DNA of 64,000 nucleotides from Puccinia triticina (Eukaryota): contig CP110439.1 of assembly GCA_026914245.1 (NCBI GenBank), positions 6,200,001 through 6,264,000 on the forward strand. Reading direction: 5' to 3'. The position numbers were made by a program, and so were the translations under genes. Shown one piece after another: positions 59,694-64,000 of this stretch (the first letter of the stretch is position 1; every line of letters starts with the position of its first letter). The notes under the pieces are model-generated. The model ran no database searches and had not been told where the DNA came from. It was given only the letters and a program-made list of their open reading frames with translations.

Positions 59694-60305
59694 GTCGCGC
59701 TGCTCCATGTTTGCTTTTTATGCCGTTTTGGACCATACTTCGACAAAGCTTCAGCCATGGTTCCCTTTGTCCCCACTCGACTCGTCCAATTTCAAATCTT
59801 TTGCATATTTATTTCTTAAATTTCGATGCCTTGCGCAACAGTCGTACATCAATTTTTCCCAATCGATCGGGTTTTTTCGGGTTTGAAACTTTCAAGTGGA
59901 ATAGCCGGGGCACCAGACCAGTCCCTTACAGGACCTACGCTCCGAGTATCATCAGTTCCTCTTTCGGAGGCCGGCGTGTTGCGTCCCGAATCGAGCGGAC
60001 TGATACAGTGCTCCACACTCTGACATCCACTTTCGAATTGTTGTGACTGCTTCACGTCCTCGTTATAGGAAATCGCATGCATATTCATGTCTTACGTGTC
60101 TTGACTTCACGTTTTAAGAATTCTGTCTGCCTGCCCCTCAAGGGCACTGCCACCTACCGCCACTCACTCCTGCGACAATGAATATAGTACGTGTAATTGT
60201 ATATGGATGAGCTTCGCGTCCCAAAACTGATTGCTTTGCTCGAGGACCTCCCAATACTGGAGCACTCGCGTCTTTTCCGTTCCGCTATCCTTGGAATTTT
60301 TCAAT

Positions 60306-63229
60306 ATGCGGGCTTTCAAGTCAACACGAACACTTATTCGATTAATTTGCTTTCTTGCAACTTATGAGGCTGTTTATGCCCGTCGTCTTCACCCCCGCAT
60401 GCTCTCCAAGGATTCCACCCCCTTGATCCAAATCAACGAGGCAAGGTTGGAAGTGAAGTCACTACCGAAGCCTGGAGGACCACCGCCCGGAGCAAGCAAT
60501 CCACATGGCACTGACCCCCAAGAGTCGTTGGCATTCTTGTCCCAAAAACCTGCGCCTCCGGACACAAAACGTGTTCCTACTCAGCCAATACCCACCGCTT
60601 CTCTGCCTGGCAAAGAACCATCGAAACCAAAACTGCAAGTCGTAAGTGTGATCCAACTTAGGAAGCTTCTGAAAAACCCGGTCACCGATATGCAAAACTA
60701 ATGCAATTCAACTCGCATAGGGTAAGAAATCAAAACTCATGTTGGCAAAGTACATCAAGAGCATAAAAGAAGACTTCTACAAAGTGTAAGCCAATTTTGC
60801 CTCCACTTGATATATTTTCCGGCTAACATTTTAAATCGCTTGACGGGACTAGCCTTGCTTGGTTGGATGTCAAATTTTACAAACTTGTAAGCCATGTACT
60901 TATCACCTTGCACCTGACATGCGCACATTTTTAGCTGTTATTGACCATATTTCGAATTGAAGAGAATGCGATTCCTTCGCCCTGCCACCCGGCAAGAATT
61001 GCAAAGATATAGTAAGTCGCCTAAGTAACTTCTCACTAGATGGCCCACCCAAACTTCCCCTTTAATTGACGATTTTGATCCACTTCCTTTCGTCAGCCGC
61101 AGTAAGAAATGAAATGTCCGGCTTACTTGCACACGGACTCGTCAAGTTGAATGATAAAGATGTGCTAGATGCAAATACCTTGGCCAAGCGGCTCGACGAA
61201 AAACTATCCCCGCCCATCAACTCGTACAAGCCCGCAGACGACGCACCACCTTCGAGATCTGAGTATGAAGACTACTTAGCCAGATTAGGGTTACGGTATA
61301 AATCTGATTCTGGTCTTGAAGAACTTCGGCGGCGATGGTCATCGCAACCCATCGAAATTTCCAAGAAGTTAACTCCCGACGAAGAGGAGACTCGGGTGCT
61401 GTTGAAGGCAGCAATCTCAAATTTGAAACGCTCCGAATACCCTTCAGAGCATGTTAAGCGTTGTAAGAATGTTATCGAAAGTTTCCAAACTCAGTTTGAA
61501 GTATGGCAGAAGGAGTCGAAAGGACATTTCCTGCCTAAGGAACCACTGGACTATTTCCCAAGTATCTTCGTCGATCACAAGCTCCACTGGAACAAGAAGT
61601 TATTTGTTCAAGCTCGAACTGCCCAGCTTCAGTTAGCGAAAGGTGCAGGATTTCCAATGTCTCCAGTCAAGGCGCCTTTGACGCCTTTGGGGAAGCTTTT
61701 GCGAGAAACACCTTCCAGTATTCCACTGGAAGAAATCTTGCACAGCTGGACGATAGCGGAAGGATTTGGTGTGATGCTAGAATATGTAACCAAAGCAGTC
61801 AAGAATCTTCTGGTGAATGAACTTCAAGAGCCACTTTCTGTCGCGCTCAACAAACCATTAGAGTTAGACTCTTCCTTAAAAACAATCTTCGCAAGCACCA
61901 GCAAAGAAGATGTTGCGTGGTGCGAAAAGCGCTTTCAGGATTTCCATGGCACGTCGGCGACTCCTTCAATGGTGTTTGAACAGCTGAGGGGTCTCCCCGA
62001 AGAACGAATACGCCTACGCTCTGCCTTTGATAATCATTCAAATCTCCTTGCCCCCTTGCAAGAGGAAGAGCGGCAAAGCCTTCAAAAGGCCTTATCTGAT
62101 CCCGCAAAGTTTGCGGGGGCCCTGAGTGTAATCGAAAGCCATTACGAGCCAGGCAGTACAGCGTCAGAAAAATTGAAAGATTTCAGAAACGAGGCCATCT
62201 ATCCCGATGACAATGTTGGACGCCCATTTGTCGAAACCTTACACCAACAAGGCATAATTGATGAAACGATTTGCCGAGAACTGAATCCACCCGGTGGACT
62301 CTCTCGTCAAAATTTTTTGAATGCGCTGGGGAAACAGGAAGATTTTACAAGTCGATTAATGACGAATCTGAAAAATGAACTCTTGAAGAAGCTAGACACC
62401 TCGGAAGGCAACCCGCCACAAACTCTGGCGAGCATCGCGGAACACCTGGCTCAGTTACACACTGAAAAGCTTCGCGAGACGGCCGAGTCCAGTTACATCA
62501 AGGCCGGACTATTTAAAAATCCTCCGGAGTACAACTTTGTTGAAGCACTGAATGTATTCGACCCAAAAGGTGTCAGGGAGCTTGCCAAGCTTTCCGACCA
62601 CAAGGAAATGCTTGTCAAGGCCTACATCCAGGCCATTCTCCCGCAGAAACGCCCCACGGGCGAGTACAAATCAGAGATGGATAGGTTTTTGAGTCAAATC
62701 AAAATCCCACAATCCGGACACCCTCCGGGTAAGTAATGAGAGTCAAGTCCCTAAAACCAAACGCTAGAAGATTTATCATAATGCTAATCTTCCATTTCCA
62801 TCTGCGCGCCGAATTTTGCTTGCTGTCAAAGTTCCGACTAACAAACTAAGTATAGTCGATAGATTGCCTAACTTCGATGAACGCTTGTCAGCCTTTTACC
62901 TGGAACCACTGAAAATGATGGACCCGCGATTAGACGGAACCCCATACGCACGCCTAACAGAAAAATCAAGACAAAAGATTGAAGCATTAGTTTCCGAAAT
63001 TTACCTTCGTCGGAAAAAACTAGATGAAACACTCCAACTGCAGATCCATTGGAATGCTGATATAGCAAAATTCGAGGATAACCATTTGCGAGAAATCCCT
63101 GTGATGCTTCAAGTAATGGAATCTTGCCTGCGGGAGGCAAATACCTACTCAGCCGGAACACTCACTGTCAAACAAAAAATTGTTGGCTTCATGAGGCGCA
63201 TTGGCAAAAAAATGAAACTTATCACTTGA
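60306..63229 (+). CDS. Large lineage-specific protein, candidate secreted; multi-exon
   Basis: MRAFKSTRTLIRLICFLATYEAVYA|RRLHPR signal-peptide-like start, Pro-rich segment, several small exons (60720-61010), a long open exon 61066-62736 and a terminal ORF 62816-63229; no recognisable domain. Confidence 0.7.
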
Positions 63230-63507
63230 AGATGAACAAGAAGAGGAGAACCTGGCCAAAAGAACCAGAATACCGAGCTGGTCTGACACCTAACCCATCT
63301 GTCTAAGATCAAAACTGGTTTTTATTTCACGTTGATTCATTTATCTCAGAGAGCAGAATTGTTTTGTAAATAACTTCTTCAAATCCACCTTAAGTTTCCC
63401 CCCAGACACTACCCGGACCAAGAATCTAGGCATGGAATAGAATTCATATACACTCCAAGAAACATTACTGCAACAGCTGTCAGTTGACATTCAAGATGCT
63501 TCAGGAT

Positions 63508-63940
63508 AGAGATCGCCAAGTGGACCCGGGTGCCCGCAGTGTTTTTCATGATATTCAGACACCCTTCTCACCCCCGGCAAATTGGGGTCATGACAGCCAT
63601 ACAGGTTGCATGGTCCTGCATGTTACATAAAAAATCCCGCGCCCTTTGTCACATGCCATTTACAGGACTGGCTGTCATGTATGTAAGGTGAGGTGGACAG
63701 GTCTGTGAAACCCTCTGCACAGTCGCTGTGCATGTGACATGTTGAAAGTGTGAACTCCATGTCAGGAACCGGACAGCTTGTCATGTACACCTGACAGGAC
63801 TTCCATGACCTGACAGGTGTACAGGACCACATAACCTTTATGCTTCTCATGACCCCGATTTGCCCGGGGTGTTTGACCCGTACACGGCGACCGCGCGCGG
63901 GTACCGCCTACCTGCGCGCGGGTCCACTTGGCAATCTCTA
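63508..63940. mobile_element. MITE
   Basis: TIRs TAGAGATCGCCAAGTGGACCCG / CGGGTCCACTTGGCAATCTCTA; no clear TSD. Confidence 0.7.
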
Positions 63941-64000
63941 TTCTAAAACCAACAAACAAACCTACAACAATCTAAAAGTGGCATGCAAGCTGATGCACCA

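Overview
Eukaryotic, intron-rich, TE-dense fungal DNA. Gene content, intron style and repeat families suggest a rust fungus (Pucciniales, Puccinia-like); this is an inference. Protein genes: three paralogous MBOAT/wax-synthase-type membrane acyltransferases (two GC-rich copies tail-to-tail, one AT-richer copy with an extra intron) plus a 218-bp transplanted fragment of copy 2; TSPO; an FAH-family hydrolase; a Kar5/Tht1-like karyogamy protein; a stand-alone hydantoinase-B half of 5-oxoprolinase; an Hcs1/IGHMBP2-like SF1 helicase with tandem exon-intron duplications; two paralogous RING-finger genes with signal-peptide-like N-termini (one disrupted); and two large lineage-specific candidate secreted proteins. 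RNA genes: intron-containing tRNA-Tyr(GTA) and tRNA-Ile(TAT), and a tRNA-like gene carried inside a CACTA-like TIR element. Mobile DNA: a degenerate full-length Copia element with 100-bp LTRs, three solo LTRs with 5-bp TSDs, a Helitron remnant, and many MITE/foldback elements, several nested. All identifications come from motif recognition by eye, without database searches. Exon boundaries and counts are manual and approximate.
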